A DNA stretch of 64,000 bases from Candidatus Dormibacteria bacterium (GCA_051002895.1 JBPCLW010000042.1:199015-263014); one strand, 5' to 3'; shown: positions 23,056 to 35,721, counted from the first letter of the stretch. Notes: generated by a model from the letters alone, not told the origin. Numbers and translations are program-made.

Positions 23056-25566
23056 TCAGGAGTCGCTGGGCGCCGCGGCGGCGACCTCGGCCTTCTCCTT
23101 CTTCTCCTTCTTGGTCGATTTCGGCAAGAGGTTCATCTTTACCTCGCCGTCGATGAGATCGATGACCACGGTATCGCCAGGGCCATGTTTGAGCCGCAAC
23201 AACTCCTCGGAGAGCGGGTCCTCGATGACCCGCTGGATGACGCGCCGCAAAGGGCGGGCGCCGTAGATCTTGTCGAAGCCCTCCTCGACGATCCAATCCT
23301 TGGCGGCATCGCTGACGCTGAACGTCAGCTCCTGCGCGGCCAGATGCACGCCGACCTTGGCGAGCATGAGACTGACGATCTCGCGCATGTTTTCATGGGT
23401 CAGCCGCTGGAACACGACGACGGCGTCAACTCGGTTGAGGAATTCTGGCCGAAAGGCCTTCTTGAGCTCTTCCATGATCGAATCGCGCATCTTGGTGTGC
23501 TCATGATTCGTCGAGCGCTCATCCGGCACCGCCGGCTGGAAGCCCATCGACATATTGGCTTTCAGGTTGGACACACCAATGTTGCTGGTCATGATCACGA
23601 TGCAGTTCGCGAAGTTGACCGCCTTGCCCTTGGCGTCACTGAGACGACCATCTTCGAGAATCTGCAACAGCATGTTGAAGACCTCGGGATGCGCCTTCTC
23701 GATCTCGTCGAAGAGGACGACACTGTAGGGACGGCGGCGCACGGCCTCGGTGAGCTGGCCGCCCTCGTCGTACCCGACGTAGCCGGGGGGCGATCCCACC
23801 AGACGAGCCGTGGAGTGACGCTCCATGAACTCGCTCATGTCGAGGCGAATGATGGCGTCCTCGTTATCGAAGAGGAAGGACGCAAGGGATCTCGCCAACT
23901 CTGTCTTGCCGACCCCGGTCGGACCCAGGAACATGAATGAGCCAATGGGTCGCTTGGCGTCCTTGAGTCCGGCGCGGGCGCGGCGCACCGCCTGAGAGAT
24001 GACCTTGACCGCTTCATCCTGACCGATGAGGCGCTTATGCACCTCATCCTCCATGTGCAGCAGCCGCGAGGTCTCCTCCTCGACGAGCCGGGACACGGGA
24101 ACGCCCGTCCAAGAGCTGATGATCTCGGCGATGTGTTCCTCGGTGACCTCGGGCACGGTCTGCCCCAGTTCATCGCGCCAGGTCATCTCCATGGACACGT
24201 ACTGCTCCTTGAGCTTCTTCTCCTTGTCGCGGAAGCTCGCGGCGGTTTCGTAGTCCTGGCCGGCGATCGCCTCATCCTTCTGGCCCTGCAGTCCACGGAT
24301 CTGCTTCTGCATCTCCCGCAGATCATCCGGCGTCGTGGTCAGCTTCATGCGCACCCGGGCGCTCGCCTCGTCGATGAGGTCGATCGCCTTGTCAGGTAGC
24401 GATCGATCGCTGACATAGCGAACCGAGAGCTCAGCCGCGGCACGGAGTGCCAGATCAGTGATGGTGACCCGGTGATGCTTGTCATAGAGAGCGCGAATGC
24501 CGTGGAGAATGTCGATGGTCTCAGCGAGGCTGGGCTCGTCGACGTGCACAGGCTGAAAGCGGCGCTCGAGCGCCGCGTCCTTCTCGATGTACTTGCGGTA
24601 CTCATTGAGGGTGGTCGCGCCGATGCACTGGATCTCGCCCCGCGCCAACGCGGGTTTGAGGATGTTGGCGGCGTCGATGGCGCCCTCGGCGGCACCGGCT
24701 CCCACCAGGGTGTGCAACTCGTCGATGAAGAGGATGACCTCGCGCGACTGGCGGATCTCATCGAGAATCTTCTTCAGCCGCTCCTCGAACTCCCCCCGGT
24801 ACTTGGTTCCGGCAACCAGCGCGCCCATGTCGAGGGTGAGGACTCGCTTTCCCATCAAGGACTCGGGAATGTTGCCCAGGATAATCGCCTGCGCGAGGCC
24901 CTCGGCGATGGCTGTCTTGCCCACACCGGGCTCACCGATGAGAGCGGGGTTGTTCTTGGTGCGCCTGCTGAGGATCTGGACGACGCGCTCGATCTCCATG
25001 GCCCGACCGATGACAGGGTCGAGCTGGTTCTTCTGGGCCAACTCCGTGAGATCGCGGCAAAACTGGTCCAGCAGCGGGGTCCGACTGGGCTTCTTCTGCG
25101 CCTCCTTGGCCTCCTCCTCGAGGCCTGACTCGTGAAGCAGCCGCTCGATCTCGGCGCGGACCCTCTCGAGATTGGCGCCAAGGTCCTCGAGGACGTGAGC
25201 CGCAATGCCCTCCCCCTCGATGAGTAGGCCAAGCAGAAGGTGCTCAGTGCCGACGTAGTTGTTGCCCATGCGGCGGGCCTCTTCGAAGGAGATCTCGATG
25301 ACCTTCTTCACCCGAGACGTGGGGATGATCTGCTGAATGATGATGCGCTCGTTGCGACCGAGAACCGACTCGATCGTGCTACGCACCTTGTTGATCTCGA
25401 CGCCCAAGTTGTTGAGAACCTTGGCGGCAAGCCCCTCACCTTCGCGCAGCAGCCCGAGCAGAAGATGCTCGGTGCCAATGTACGAGTGATGCGAACGCTC
25501 AGCCTCCTCCTGCGCCAGGGTGAGTACCTTTTTCGCTCTCTCGGTGAACCTCTCGAACGGGTACAA
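23056..25566 (-). CDS. clpC: ATP-dependent Clp protease ATPase ClpC
   Basis: FERFTERA N-domain repeats, GEPGVGKT and [11 protein letters not shown] coiled coil, MGF ClpP-docking loop; TTG start with GGAGG SD. Confidence 0.97.
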   Translation of the reverse strand: MYPFERFTERAKKVLTLAQEEAERSHHSYIGTEHLLLGLLREGEGLAAKVLNNLGVEINKVRSTIESVLGRNERIIIQQIIPTSRVKKVIEISFEEARRMGNNYVGTEHLLLGLLIEGEGIAAHVLEDLGANLERVRAEIERLLHESGLEEEAKEAQKKPSRTPLLDQFCRDLTELAQKNQLDPVIGRAMEIERVVQILSRRTKNNPALIGEPGVGKTAIAEGLAQAIILGNIPESLMGKRVLTLDMGALVAGTKYRGEFEERLKKILDEIRQSREVILFIDELHTLVGAGAAEGAIDAANILKPALARGEIQCIGATTLNEYRKYIEKDAALERRFQPVHVDEPSLAETIDILHGIRALYDKHHRVTITDLALRAAAELSVRYVSDRSLPDKAIDLIDEASARVRMKLTTTPDDLREMQKQIRGLQGQKDEAIAGQDYETAASFRDKEKKLKEQYVSMEMTWRDELGQTVPEVTEEHIAEIISSWTGVPVSRLVEEETSRLLHMEDEVHKRLIGQDEAVKVISQAVRRARAGLKDAKRPIGSFMFLGPTGVGKTELARSLASFLFDNEDAIIRLDMSEFMERHSTARLVGSPPGYVGYDEGGQLTEAVRRRPYSVVLFDEIEKAHPEVFNMLLQILEDGRLSDAKGKAVNFANCIVIMTSNIGVSNLKANMSMGFQPAVPDERSTNHEHTKMRDSIMEELKKAFRPEFLNRVDAVVVFQRLTHENMREIVSLMLAKVGVHLAAQELTFSVSDAAKDWIVEEGFDKIYGARPLRRVIQRVIEDPLSEELLRLKHGPGDTVVIDLIDGEVKMNLLPKSTKKEKKEKAEVAAAAPSDS

Positions 25567-25758
25567 GACTGCCTCCGTGTCCCGGCCGGCCCTCCCAGTG
25601 GTAGGTGGGGGTCAGTACGGAACTGCTGTGACCTCCCTCATTATGCCCATCGACCCGGCGAGCGAAGCACCCTGGCGATCGCCGATCGGACGGCCACGCG
25701 CCCACTCGGCGCTCATCGAGAATCTCCCAGCCGACTTCCTCGACGGGATCGACGCGCT

Positions 25759-27120
25759 TCAGGCCGTCGGCTCGCCCTCCGGGGGCATGTCGGCGCCGGC
25801 ACCTGTTCCAACGTTCTCCACGGTCTCCCGATCGGGTTCGTCGTCAGCCGCCGCCTCCTCAGCCGCACCTGCCCCGCCCGCAGGCTCCGAGGTCTGGGAG
25901 GCATCGGCGTCACCCCCGCCTTCCGGGGCACCCTCGGTCGCACTGCTCGGCGCAGGCGGGGACGGGGACTCGTCGTCATCGTCCTCACTGAAGTCGTAGG
26001 AAGGTGGCACGTACTCGCCAGGATCCTCGGGGCCGCCGCCATGGAGCTGGCGTAGCGATAGAGAGATGCGCCGGCGCGCCTTGTCAGCGCTGAGCACCAT
26101 GACGCTGATGTTCTCGCCGATTTTGACCACGTCCTCGGTGCGCTCGACATGGTCCCAGGAGAGTTCGCTGATGTGGAGAAGCCCCTCGACACCGTCGGCG
26201 ATTTGCAGGAAGGCGCCGTACTTCTTGGTCTTGGTGACCTCGCCCTCGATAACCTTCCCCGGGGGGAGGCGGTCCTCGATGGTGTCCCACGGGTCGTCGC
26301 TCATCTGCCGCAGTGAGAGGGAGATGCGGGAGAGCTCGGGGTCGAGTTTGATCACCTTGACGTCCACGTCGTCACCAACGGTGAGCATGTCGCTGACGTT
26401 GTTGATCCGATCCCAACTCAGCTCGCTGATGTGGATGAGGCCATCTGCGCCGCCGAGATTGACGAAGGCGCCGTAACTGGTGAGGCCGCTGACCTTGCCG
26501 TTGATGAGGTCGCCGACCTTCAGCTTCTCGAAGAGCTCCTCTCGCTGACGGGCTCTGTCCTCGTCCTGGGCGGCGCGCTGCGACACGATGAGGCGGTTGC
26601 GCTTGCGGTTGACCTCGAGAATCTTTACCGGGATCTTGGTCCCCACCAGCTCCATGAGGTTCCCGGAGAATTGGCGGGCGACCTGTGACGAGGGCAGGAA
26701 CCCACGCAGACCCATGATGTTGACGATGAGCCCGCCCTTGTTCTGCTCGCGGACTTCGGCGTCGAGGATCTCGCCCTCGGACTCCTTCTCAGCGACCGCC
26801 TGCCAGATGGATTCAGCACGCGCCTTGCGCAGCGAGAGGACGACACGCCCCTCCTCGTCCTCAGGCTGGAGAACGTAGACCTTGATGACCTCGCCCTCGT
26901 TGAGCTCGACGGCGGCCTCGTTGCGGCCGCTCAGCTCACGGTTGGAGATGATGCCCTCGGACTTGGCCCCGATGTCGACGAGAACCTCATCGGGATCGAC
27001 CCGGACCACCATGCCCTCGACGATGTCGCCGTAGGCCAGAGCCCGGATTGCGTGCGCCTCCTCATTGAGGAGGTCTTCCATGGTGAGGTTCTCTTCAGGT
27101 GCCGTTGCGGTCGGAGTCAA
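25759..27120 (-). CDS. rpsA: 30S ribosomal protein S1 (four S1 domains plus acidic tail)
   Basis: VDIGAKSEG, GFLPSSQ, YGAFV.LGGADGLIHISELSW; TTG start with AAGGAG SD. Confidence 0.95.
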   Translation of the reverse strand: MTPTATAPEENLTMEDLLNEEAHAIRALAYGDIVEGMVVRVDPDEVLVDIGAKSEGIISNRELSGRNEAAVELNEGEVIKVYVLQPEDEEGRVVLSLRKARAESIWQAVAEKESEGEILDAEVREQNKGGLIVNIMGLRGFLPSSQVARQFSGNLMELVGTKIPVKILEVNRKRNRLIVSQRAAQDEDRARQREELFEKLKVGDLINGKVSGLTSYGAFVNLGGADGLIHISELSWDRINNVSDMLTVGDDVDVKVIKLDPELSRISLSLRQMSDDPWDTIEDRLPPGKVIEGEVTKTKKYGAFLQIADGVEGLLHISELSWDHVERTEDVVKIGENISVMVLSADKARRRISLSLRQLHGGGPEDPGEYVPPSYDFSEDDDDESPSPPAPSSATEGAPEGGGDADASQTSEPAGGAGAAEEAAADDEPDRETVENVGTGAGADMPPEGEPTA

Positions 27121-27258
27121 ATCTCTCCTTGATCTTTCGCCTGGAAACGCCGAGGGAAACTCGCCGGGCCGAAGCGGCGGGCACATGCCCAGCAATCTGC
27201 CGCCCAAAGGCGAAGAACGGGCGCGTTTGCTCCGTTGCCAAGCGACGGCCCGAGTGTA
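27121..27258 (-). promoter_or_regulatory. rpsA promoter (extended -10 TGaTACACT) and structured 5' leader of about 125 nt
   Basis: TACACT at 27258-27253; complementary arms AACGG/CCGTT, TTCGCCT/AGGCGAA, GCGGC/GCCGC, GGGCA/TGCCC, CGAG/CTCG. Confidence 0.55.
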
Positions 27259-27329
27259 TCAGGCCGGCCCCGCCGATTTCTCGGGAATTGTCCGGCTCAT
27301 GTCCGTTCATGAACGGAATGATGCTCTGC

Positions 27330-27536
27330 ATGAGGGTCACCATCAGCTGCGAGGACTGCGGTCACCGGCACCGCCTGGAGCGGCGCGTCAGCGAGCCAGG
27401 GACGATCCACATCGTGTGCCACGCATGCGAACTCCCGCTCCAAGCGGTCCTTGAGGAGCCGCCCCCCGGCGCGGGACAGACACACGCAGTCTGGAGCGAC
27501 ATCTTCGATCTCTCCTCCGCCCGATCGGTGCGCTAG
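27330..27536 (+). CDS. Small zinc-ribbon-like protein
   Basis: 68 aa with CEDC...CHAC; fills the gap upstream of clpS. Confidence 0.65.
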   Translation: MRVTISCEDCGHRHRLERRVSEPGTIHIVCHACELPLQAVLEEPPPGAGQTHAVWSDIFDLSSARSVR

Positions 27537-27573
27537 CCCACACCACGGTCCGGGGCTCGTCTAGGCTACATGC

Positions 27574-27867
27574 ATGGCTGTGTCGATCGAGACGAACCCC
27601 GCCGACGTGAGCAACGATGCTCCCTCTCACGAGCGTGAACCTCGCTGGAGCGTCGTCGTCTGGGACGATCCGGTGACTTTGATGTCGTATGTGGTGTTGG
27701 TCTTTCGGCGGCTCTTTGGCTACGATCACGAGACCGCAACCAAGCTCATGCTCCAGGTCCATCACGACGGCCGGGCAGTCGTGGCCACCCAGCCGCGGGA
27801 GCAGGCCGAGGTGTCGGTGAGCCAACTCCACGGCTTCGGCCTCCAGGCTACGCTGGCCCCCGAGTGA
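27574..27867 (+). CDS. clpS: ATP-dependent Clp protease adaptor ClpS
   Basis: W.VVVWDDPV.LMSYV, LMLQVH..GRAVV. Confidence 0.94.
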   Translation: MAVSIETNPADVSNDAPSHEREPRWSVVVWDDPVTLMSYVVLVFRRLFGYDHETATKLMLQVHHDGRAVVATQPREQAEVSVSQLHGFGLQATLAPE

Positions 27868-28310
27868 TGGCCGAGGTCCGTAAACGCGGAGCTCGGGTGC
27901 ACCTTCACCTCGACGGTGACGAGCGACAGGCCATCCTTTCAATTGTGGATCAGCTGAACGGTGAACTCGGGCAGCGGCCAAGGACCCGCTTCATCGCCTA
28001 CGACGACTCCACCCTTCAGGAGGAATATGGACGCCTGGTGGGCCCGGACGAGGCGCAGAAGCGCGACCAGGACATCACCGTGGTCCGCGACTCCCTCAGT
28101 GCCGGCGAAGACGTCACCACGCTCACCGAAGCGCAGTCGATGGCCTGGGTTCGCGCCCTCAACCACCTGCGCCTCGCCGCAGCCGACGTCGCTGGCATCG
28201 AGTCGTCGGACTGGCAGGGCCAACTCGCCGCCTCGGCCCCGCCAGCCGTGCGCGCGGTGCTCGCCCTCGGGTACCTCCAGGAAGAGATGGTCGCCGCACT
28301 TGAGGGCTGA
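27867..28310 (+). CDS. DUF2017-like protein
   Basis: LTEAQSMAWVRALNHLRL and LGYLQEEMV.AL motifs; coupled to clpS as in Actinobacteria. Confidence 0.75.
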   Translation: MAEVRKRGARVHLHLDGDERQAILSIVDQLNGELGQRPRTRFIAYDDSTLQEEYGRLVGPDEAQKRDQDITVVRDSLSAGEDVTTLTEAQSMAWVRALNHLRLAAADVAGIESSDWQGQLAASAPPAVRAVLALGYLQEEMVAALEG

Positions 28311-28362
28311 CTGCTCTCGATACGGTTCGTAGCCGACCTCGACCATTGCGGCATCTGCAGAC

Positions 28363-29229
28363 TCAGTACCGCGTCACCTTCATCGAGAAGTCGAGCGCAG
28401 TGGCACTGTGAGTGAGGGCCCCGACGGAGATGTAATCGACCCCGGCGAGCGCGTACGCGCGAGCGTTCTGGGGGGTGACACCGCCCGAGACCTCGACCTT
28501 TGCCCGCTTGCGGATGATGCTCATCGCCTCGCGCACCTGGCCCGGCGCGAAGTTGTCGAGGAGAATGCGTGGCGCCTTGTCAGCGAGCGCATGCTCGAGT
28601 TCTTGGAGGTTGCTCACCTCGACATTGACCTCAGCCTCGGGGTAGGCCTTGCGGGCGGCGCGCAGGGCCGGGCTGATGCCCCCTGCGAGGGCGAGATGGG
28701 TGTCCTTGATGAGAACGGCGTCGAAGAGGCCGAAGCGATGGTTGACGGCGCCGCCCACCCTGGTTGCGTACTTCTCGAGCGCCCGCAAACCCGGGGTGGT
28801 CTTGCGAGTGTCGAGCACCTGGCACTTCGTCCCGGCGACCGCTTTGACGTAACGGCCGGTCATGGTGGCCACGCCCGAGAGGTGCTGAAGGAAGTTCAAG
28901 GCCACCCGCTCAGCAGTGAGCATCGCTCGCGCCGGGCCGAAGAGCCGGGCGACGATGGCGTCCTCCTGGACCTTCTCGCCGTCCTTGCACTTGGCGTCGA
29001 AACGCAGGTCAGCGCTGACGAGATGGAAAACTCGCTCCGCCACGCTGAGGCCGGCGATGACGCCATCCTCCTTGCAGACGATCTTCCCCCGGCACGTCAT
29101 GTCGCCGGGGATGACGGCTTCGGTGGTGACGTCGCCGGGGCCGATGTCCTCGCCGAGGGCGGCGTGGATCAGCGGATCCAGGTTCTCGGATGCCAGCGCG
29201 TCAGTGATCGGCTGCAACGTTGCGGTCAT
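28363..29229 (-). CDS. nadC: Quinolinate phosphoribosyltransferase
   Basis: AL.EDIG.GDVTT, DTRKTTPG, HR.GL.DAVLIKD, LLDN, EVSGG. Confidence 0.97.
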   Translation of the reverse strand: MTATLQPITDALASENLDPLIHAALGEDIGPGDVTTEAVIPGDMTCRGKIVCKEDGVIAGLSVAERVFHLVSADLRFDAKCKDGEKVQEDAIVARLFGPARAMLTAERVALNFLQHLSGVATMTGRYVKAVAGTKCQVLDTRKTTPGLRALEKYATRVGGAVNHRFGLFDAVLIKDTHLALAGGISPALRAARKAYPEAEVNVEVSNLQELEHALADKAPRILLDNFAPGQVREAMSIIRKRAKVEVSGGVTPQNARAYALAGVDYISVGALTHSATALDFSMKVTRY

Positions 29230-30781
29230 GAGTGGTGGCTCCCCTCGTGGTGTGCATGACGGTCACGCCATGCCATTGGTGACTGGTGTCAGGGTGGTCG
29301 TCGCGGTAGTGCGCTCCGCGGGACTCCTCGCGGTACAAGGCAGCGTTGGCGATGCAATATGCGGCCACGGCTGAGAGGTGCGCGCTGCGGCCGCTGAGGC
29401 TTCCAATCGGAGTGGCGACGATGTCGTCCAACTCACCAAGCGCGGCGCGCAGCCCCTTACCGTGGCGCACTATGCCGCAGTCACGTCCCATGACGCGAGC
29501 GATCCGCGAGCGCGCCTCCGCAGCCGGGGGGTCCTCGAGCGGAGCCGAACCGACGTCTGCCACCGGCAACGCCGAGGGTGCCACCTCTGCAAGACCGCGG
29601 AGCGCCGCCTCCATCGTCCGTGGACCAAAGACGGCACCCTCGAGCAGCGAGTTGCTGGCTAGGCGGTTGGCACCGTGAACACCCGTGGATGCCACCTCAC
29701 CGCACGCGTAGAGGCCAGGAACCGACGTGGCACCATCGATGTCAGTTCGTATCCCGCCGATCATGTAGTGCGCCGCGGGAGCAATGGGAATCGGGGTTGC
29801 GGTGATGTCGATGCCATGGTCGATGCAACGAGCCGCAATGGCTGGGAAGCGCACTGCTGTATCCCCACCGACCGGCCGGCAATCGAGGAGCACCGACTTC
29901 TCGCCAGTTCTGGCCAGCTCCTGCCAGATCGTGCGGGCGACGATGTCGCGCGGAGCCAGTTCGCCCCGGGGGTCGGTGTCGAGGAGGAAGCGCCGCCCCG
30001 CTCGATCAGTGACAACGGCACCGGCACCGCGCAATGCCTCGCTGATGAGGAACGCGGGGCTGCCAGAAATTGCGAGCACCGTGGGGTGGAACTGGACGAA
30101 CTCGCAGCTCTCCACCTCGGCGCCCGCCTCGTAAGCAAGGCCGACCCCTTCCCCCCTTGCCGCTTCCGGGTTGGTGGTGTGCCCGAAGAGGTGCCCGCTT
30201 CCACCGGTCGCGAGGATCACCGCGCCGGCCCCAAGGTGACTGATGCGGCCGCTGCGCGTGTCGACTGCGGCGACACCGGAACAGCGACCGGCATCGTCCA
30301 GCAGGACACGGGTGACGACGTGATGTTCGAGAAGATCGACGCCGGCATCACGAACTTGGCGCACCAGTGCCTCCTCGATCTCGCGACCGGTGCCATCGCC
30401 GCGCGCATGGAGCACCCGGGGCCGCGAGTGGGCCGCCTCCTGATGCAGGTTCCACGTACCGTCGGGGTTGCGGTCGAAGAGCACACCCCACGCACTGAGA
30501 CGGCGGATGGCCGCCCCCGCCTCCTCAACGAGAATCCTGACGGCGTCGACGTCGCAGAGCCCCCGACCGGCGGCAAGGGTGTCCTGAAGGTGGCGCTCCG
30601 GGGAGTCGTCAGCAGCCACGGCAGCGGCGATCCCCCCTTGGGCCCATTCCGTGCATCCGTCGGTGAGCCGCCCGCGGGTGACCACGAGCACCCGTCCATG
30701 TTCGGCTCCGACGACCGCTGCCGAGGCACCGGCGACACCGCTGCCGACGACGATGACGTCGGGACTATTCGAGGTGGTCAT
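29201..30781 (-). CDS. nadB: L-aspartate oxidase
   Basis: GSGVAG, WAQGGIAA, QFHPT, ELAPRD, GVHGANRLASNSLLE, ESRGAHYR. Confidence 0.95.
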   Translation of the reverse strand: MTTSNSPDVIVVGSGVAGASAAVVGAEHGRVLVVTRGRLTDGCTEWAQGGIAAAVAADDSPERHLQDTLAAGRGLCDVDAVRILVEEAGAAIRRLSAWGVLFDRNPDGTWNLHQEAAHSRPRVLHARGDGTGREIEEALVRQVRDAGVDLLEHHVVTRVLLDDAGRCSGVAAVDTRSGRISHLGAGAVILATGGSGHLFGHTTNPEAARGEGVGLAYEAGAEVESCEFVQFHPTVLAISGSPAFLISEALRGAGAVVTDRAGRRFLLDTDPRGELAPRDIVARTIWQELARTGEKSVLLDCRPVGGDTAVRFPAIAARCIDHGIDITATPIPIAPAAHYMIGGIRTDIDGATSVPGLYACGEVASTGVHGANRLASNSLLEGAVFGPRTMEAALRGLAEVAPSALPVADVGSAPLEDPPAAEARSRIARVMGRDCGIVRHGKGLRAALGELDDIVATPIGSLSGRSAHLSAVAAYCIANAALYREESRGAHYRDDHPDTSHQWHGVTVMHTTRGATTHDRNVAADH

Positions 30782-30789
30782 CGGCGCGG

Positions 30790-31149
30790 TCAGGAGACGG
30801 CCGCTTCCTGGCGGATATGATTCATTGCGTCAACATGCACGATCCGGGGAACGTGGCCGCGCAGTTCGGCCTCGTCGTACTGCCCGTAGGTCATGACGAT
30901 GACGAGGTCGCCGGGAGACCCGAGGTGGGCCATCGCTCCGTTGAGCGTTACCTCGCCCGGGCCGGCCGCTATGGCGTACGTGACGGCCCGGGAGCCGTTG
31001 CTCACATTGACAACGTGGAGTTGCTCGCCCTCGATGATCTCCGCCACCCGCATGAGGTCCGGGTCGATGCCGCAGGACCCGACATAGTCACGATCGGCTC
31101 GGGTCACCGTGGCACGATGGATCTTTGATCTCAGGACGATGCGCTGCAC
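30790..31149 (-). CDS. panD: Aspartate 1-decarboxylase
   Basis: SKIHRATVT, YVGS self-cleavage site, NG.R..TY, LNGA.A. Confidence 0.95.
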   Translation of the reverse strand: MQRIVLRSKIHRATVTRADRDYVGSCGIDPDLMRVAEIIEGEQLHVVNVSNGSRAVTYAIAAGPGEVTLNGAMAHLGSPGDLVIVMTYGQYDEAELRGHVPRIVHVDAMNHIRQEAAVS

Positions 31150-32089
31150 CCCGTCGCACTCCAGGTATCGGTCCCGGTGGCGGGGACCCCTCTCGATCGA
31201 CAACCGGCGGGTCATCGACGCCCGGTGCGATCACGTCGATGAGCCGGGTGCCGCCTATTCTAGCAGCCACGAGAATTTCGCATCGAACGCACCCATCGCC
31301 GGCGTCACCGAACGTGTCGGGGTCCACCACAGCGACGTAGTCGACGCGCAGGTCCGGACTAGCTGCGAGTTCCGCAAACACGATGTCGCGGAGCCGGCGC
31401 GGGCTCCGTTCCCCTGCCCTCCAATTCTGGGCAGCCACGGCGAGAGCACGGGGGACGGCGAGGGCCTGGGTCCGATGGCCAGCGCTGAGATGACGGTTAC
31501 GGCTGGAGAGTGCCAACCCGTCAGGGTCGCGGACCAGCGGACAGATCACCACCGTGCAGCCGAGCCCGAGGTCGAGGACCAGGCGCCTGACAACGGCGCA
31601 CTGTTGCGCGTCCTTGCGGCCGAAGTAGGCGCGGTCCGGCCGAGCTGCGGCGAGAAGCTTTGTCACCACCGTGGCGACGCCATCGAAGTGGCCCGGCCGG
31701 TAACTGCCCTCGAGGACCTCGGTGAGGCCGCCACCGACATGGACGGTAGTGACCGCACCCCGCACATACATGTCGGCGACCGACGGCGCGAACACCACGT
31801 TCACCCCCTCCGCCGCGCACCTCTGGAGGTCGATCTCCAACTCCCGCGGATAGCGCCCGAAATCCTCGCCGGGAGCAAACTGGGTTGGGTTGACGAAGAT
31901 GCTGACGACAGTGCGATTGTTCTCCTCGCGCGCTCGCTGCATGAGCGACGCATGCCCGCGGTGCAGCGCGCCCATGGTCGGTACCATCCCCACCGTCATC
32001 CCACTGCCGCGTACGCGGTCGCTCCAGTGCTGAAGCTCCGCGGGGGTGCGGAGGATGATGGGGCCGCGGTCAGCGGTAGCTATGCTCAT
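31088..32089 (-). CDS. panC: Pantoate--beta-alanine ligase
   Basis: VPTMGALH.GH, SIFVNPTQF, RPGHFDGV, FGRKDAQQ, GLALSSRN, RLID. Confidence 0.96.
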   Translation of the reverse strand: MSIATADRGPIILRTPAELQHWSDRVRGSGMTVGMVPTMGALHRGHASLMQRAREENNRTVVSIFVNPTQFAPGEDFGRYPRELEIDLQRCAAEGVNVVFAPSVADMYVRGAVTTVHVGGGLTEVLEGSYRPGHFDGVATVVTKLLAAARPDRAYFGRKDAQQCAVVRRLVLDLGLGCTVVICPLVRDPDGLALSSRNRHLSAGHRTQALAVPRALAVAAQNWRAGERSPRRLRDIVFAELAASPDLRVDYVAVVDPDTFGDAGDGCVRCEILVAARIGGTRLIDVIAPGVDDPPVVDREGSPPPGPIPGVRRGAAHRPEIKDPSCHGDPSRS

Positions 32090-32864
32090 CGTCAGGGAAG
32101 GTCCCCGCCGCAACCTCTGCCGCATACGTCTGTGCCGCTGTCACCGCCTGAGCACCGAGGTCGGCGTACGCCTTAGCGAACTTCGGCATGGGATCCTGAG
32201 TGAGGCCGAGGAGGTCATGGATGACGAGCACCTGTCCGTCACAGTCCCGACCGGCACCGATGCCGATGGTGGGAATGCTCAGTTCCCTGGTCACCTGTGC
32301 TGCCAGGCTCCGGGGCATGCCCTCGAGAACCAGGCTGAAAGCGCCGGCTTCCTGCAAAGCCCGCGCGTCATCGAGAAGGCCTTGGGCGGCCTTGGCCCCA
32401 CGACCCTGGACGCGAAAACCACCAAAGGTGTTGACGAACTGCGGGGTTAGACCGAGGTGACCCATGACCGGGATGCCGCGTTCGACCAAGAGCGCCGTGA
32501 ATTCGATGATGCGCCCTCCCCCCTCGACCTTGACGGCGTGTAAGCCTGCCTGAAGGAACGCTGCTGCGTTCCTGATCCCCTGCTCGTCCGATGCGTGGTA
32601 CGCGTTGAAAGGCATGTCCCCCACAAGAAGCTGGTCGGAAGCGCCGCGGGCCACGGCCCGGGCGTGGTGGAGCATGTCGTCCATGGTCACCGGCAGGGTG
32701 GTGCGATGCCCGAGCATGAGCATCCCCAGAGAGTCGCCGACGAGCAGCACCGGAATCTCGGCGCGGGCGAGGATCCGGGCCGTCGTGTAGTCGTAGGCGG
32801 TGAGCATCGCAAATCGCTCACCGGCCAGCTTTTTCTCGAGAAGTGTCTGGATCGTGACAGACAT
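32070..32864 (-). CDS. panB: 3-methyl-2-oxobutanoate hydroxymethyltransferase
   Basis: LTAYD, LVGDSLG, GDMPF, VK.EG, GHLGLTPQ, IGIGAG..CDGQVLV. Confidence 0.97.
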   Translation of the reverse strand: MSVTIQTLLEKKLAGERFAMLTAYDYTTARILARAEIPVLLVGDSLGMLMLGHRTTLPVTMDDMLHHARAVARGASDQLLVGDMPFNAYHASDEQGIRNAAAFLQAGLHAVKVEGGGRIIEFTALLVERGIPVMGHLGLTPQFVNTFGGFRVQGRGAKAAQGLLDDARALQEAGAFSLVLEGMPRSLAAQVTRELSIPTIGIGAGRDCDGQVLVIHDLLGLTQDPMPKFAKAYADLGAQAVTAAQTYAAEVAAGTFPDDEHSYR

Positions 32865-32914
32865 GGCCAGAACGCGGTTAGGCGACGCGAGCAGTCACGA
32901 GGCGACGGCCGACC

Positions 32915-34795
<1,881 letters not shown>

Positions 34796-34869
34796 GAGCC
34801 GCAGTCTAGCACCTGGTCTGAACTGCTCCTGAGTTCGGAACCGCAAAGGCGAGCGGGCGCTGCACTCCG

Positions 34870-35589
34870 CTACTCACTGGCCGCTTCCGCAAATTCCGCC
34901 TCGGCTACCGCCGCCAGTGAGCCCGCATCGGCCTGTGCTGCATCCGCCAGTGCCAGCAGGCGACGGTGACACCCCGGCAGGATGCTCTCGAGCAGAGGCA
35001 TCACCTCGTGGCGGATGCGGACGCGCCGGTGCCGAGGGTCGCGGTTGCCGGGATCGTCGAGTGGAATGATTCCGAGTGCAGCGCAGTAGGCGACGGTCTC
35101 GGTCCGGCGCACCCGCAGCAACGGACGCACCAAGCGTCCGCGCCGAGGAGCCATGGCCACGAGACTGCGCGCTGTACCGCCGGTGAGTAACCGGTACAGC
35201 ACCGTCTCCGCTTGGTCGTCGGCAGTGTGGCCCAGCGCGATGGCGGTGGCGCCCAAGCGGTCGCTCACCGCGGCGAGGGCACGCAGCCTGCCCCGACGGG
35301 CTCGCATTTGCAACGACCCGCTGCCAGTGAGATCGGCGACGGCAGCGTGGAACGCCAGGCCCCTCGCTTCGGCGAGTCCAGCGACGATCGCCGCCTCGGC
35401 GGCTGACCCCTCGCGCAGGCCGTGGTCGACATGCACCGCATGGAGCGTCCAGGCACGCGGCGGCGCGAGCCGGCCCAAGGCATCGAGCAACGTGGTGGAA
35501 TCGGGCCCCCCGCTCACCCCGATGACCACTGTCTCCCCGGGGGTGAGCACCGCGAACCGATCAGCAGCCACGGCGACCTTGCGGCGCAC
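34870..35589 (-). CDS. tilS: tRNA(Ile)-lysidine synthase, short form (start uncertain)
   Basis: SGGPDS PP-loop, [23 protein letters not shown]; upstream of ftsH. Confidence 0.9.
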   Translation of the reverse strand: MRRKVAVAADRFAVLTPGETVVIGVSGGPDSTTLLDALGRLAPPRAWTLHAVHVDHGLREGSAAEAAIVAGLAEARGLAFHAAVADLTGSGSLQMRARRGRLRALAAVSDRLGATAIALGHTADDQAETVLYRLLTGGTARSLVAMAPRRGRLVRPLLRVRRTETVAYCAALGIIPLDDPGNRDPRHRRVRIRHEVMPLLESILPGCHRRLLALADAAQADAGSLAAVAEAEFAEAASE

Positions 35590-35648
35590 CCGGGCGATCT
35601 CGGGAGCGCGTTCACGCTCGGGCAGGCGAGATTTGGTGCGCGCGGTCG

Positions 35649-35721
35649 TGGCGGTACCTGGACTCGAACCAGGGACATACCGGGTATGAGCCGGGTGCTC
35701 TACCAACTGAGCTATACCGCC
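35649..35721 (-). tRNA. tRNA-Met (CAT), elongator type
   Basis: Cloverleaf GGCGGTA/TACCGCC, GCTC/GAGC, loop CT-CAT-AC, TTCGAGT; CCA not encoded. Confidence 0.9.

Noticed and set aside
35649-35721. tRNA-Ile2 (TilS substrate) assignment
   Set aside because: GGCGG acceptor stem and CAT-AC loop fit elongator Met better; not confirmed computationally
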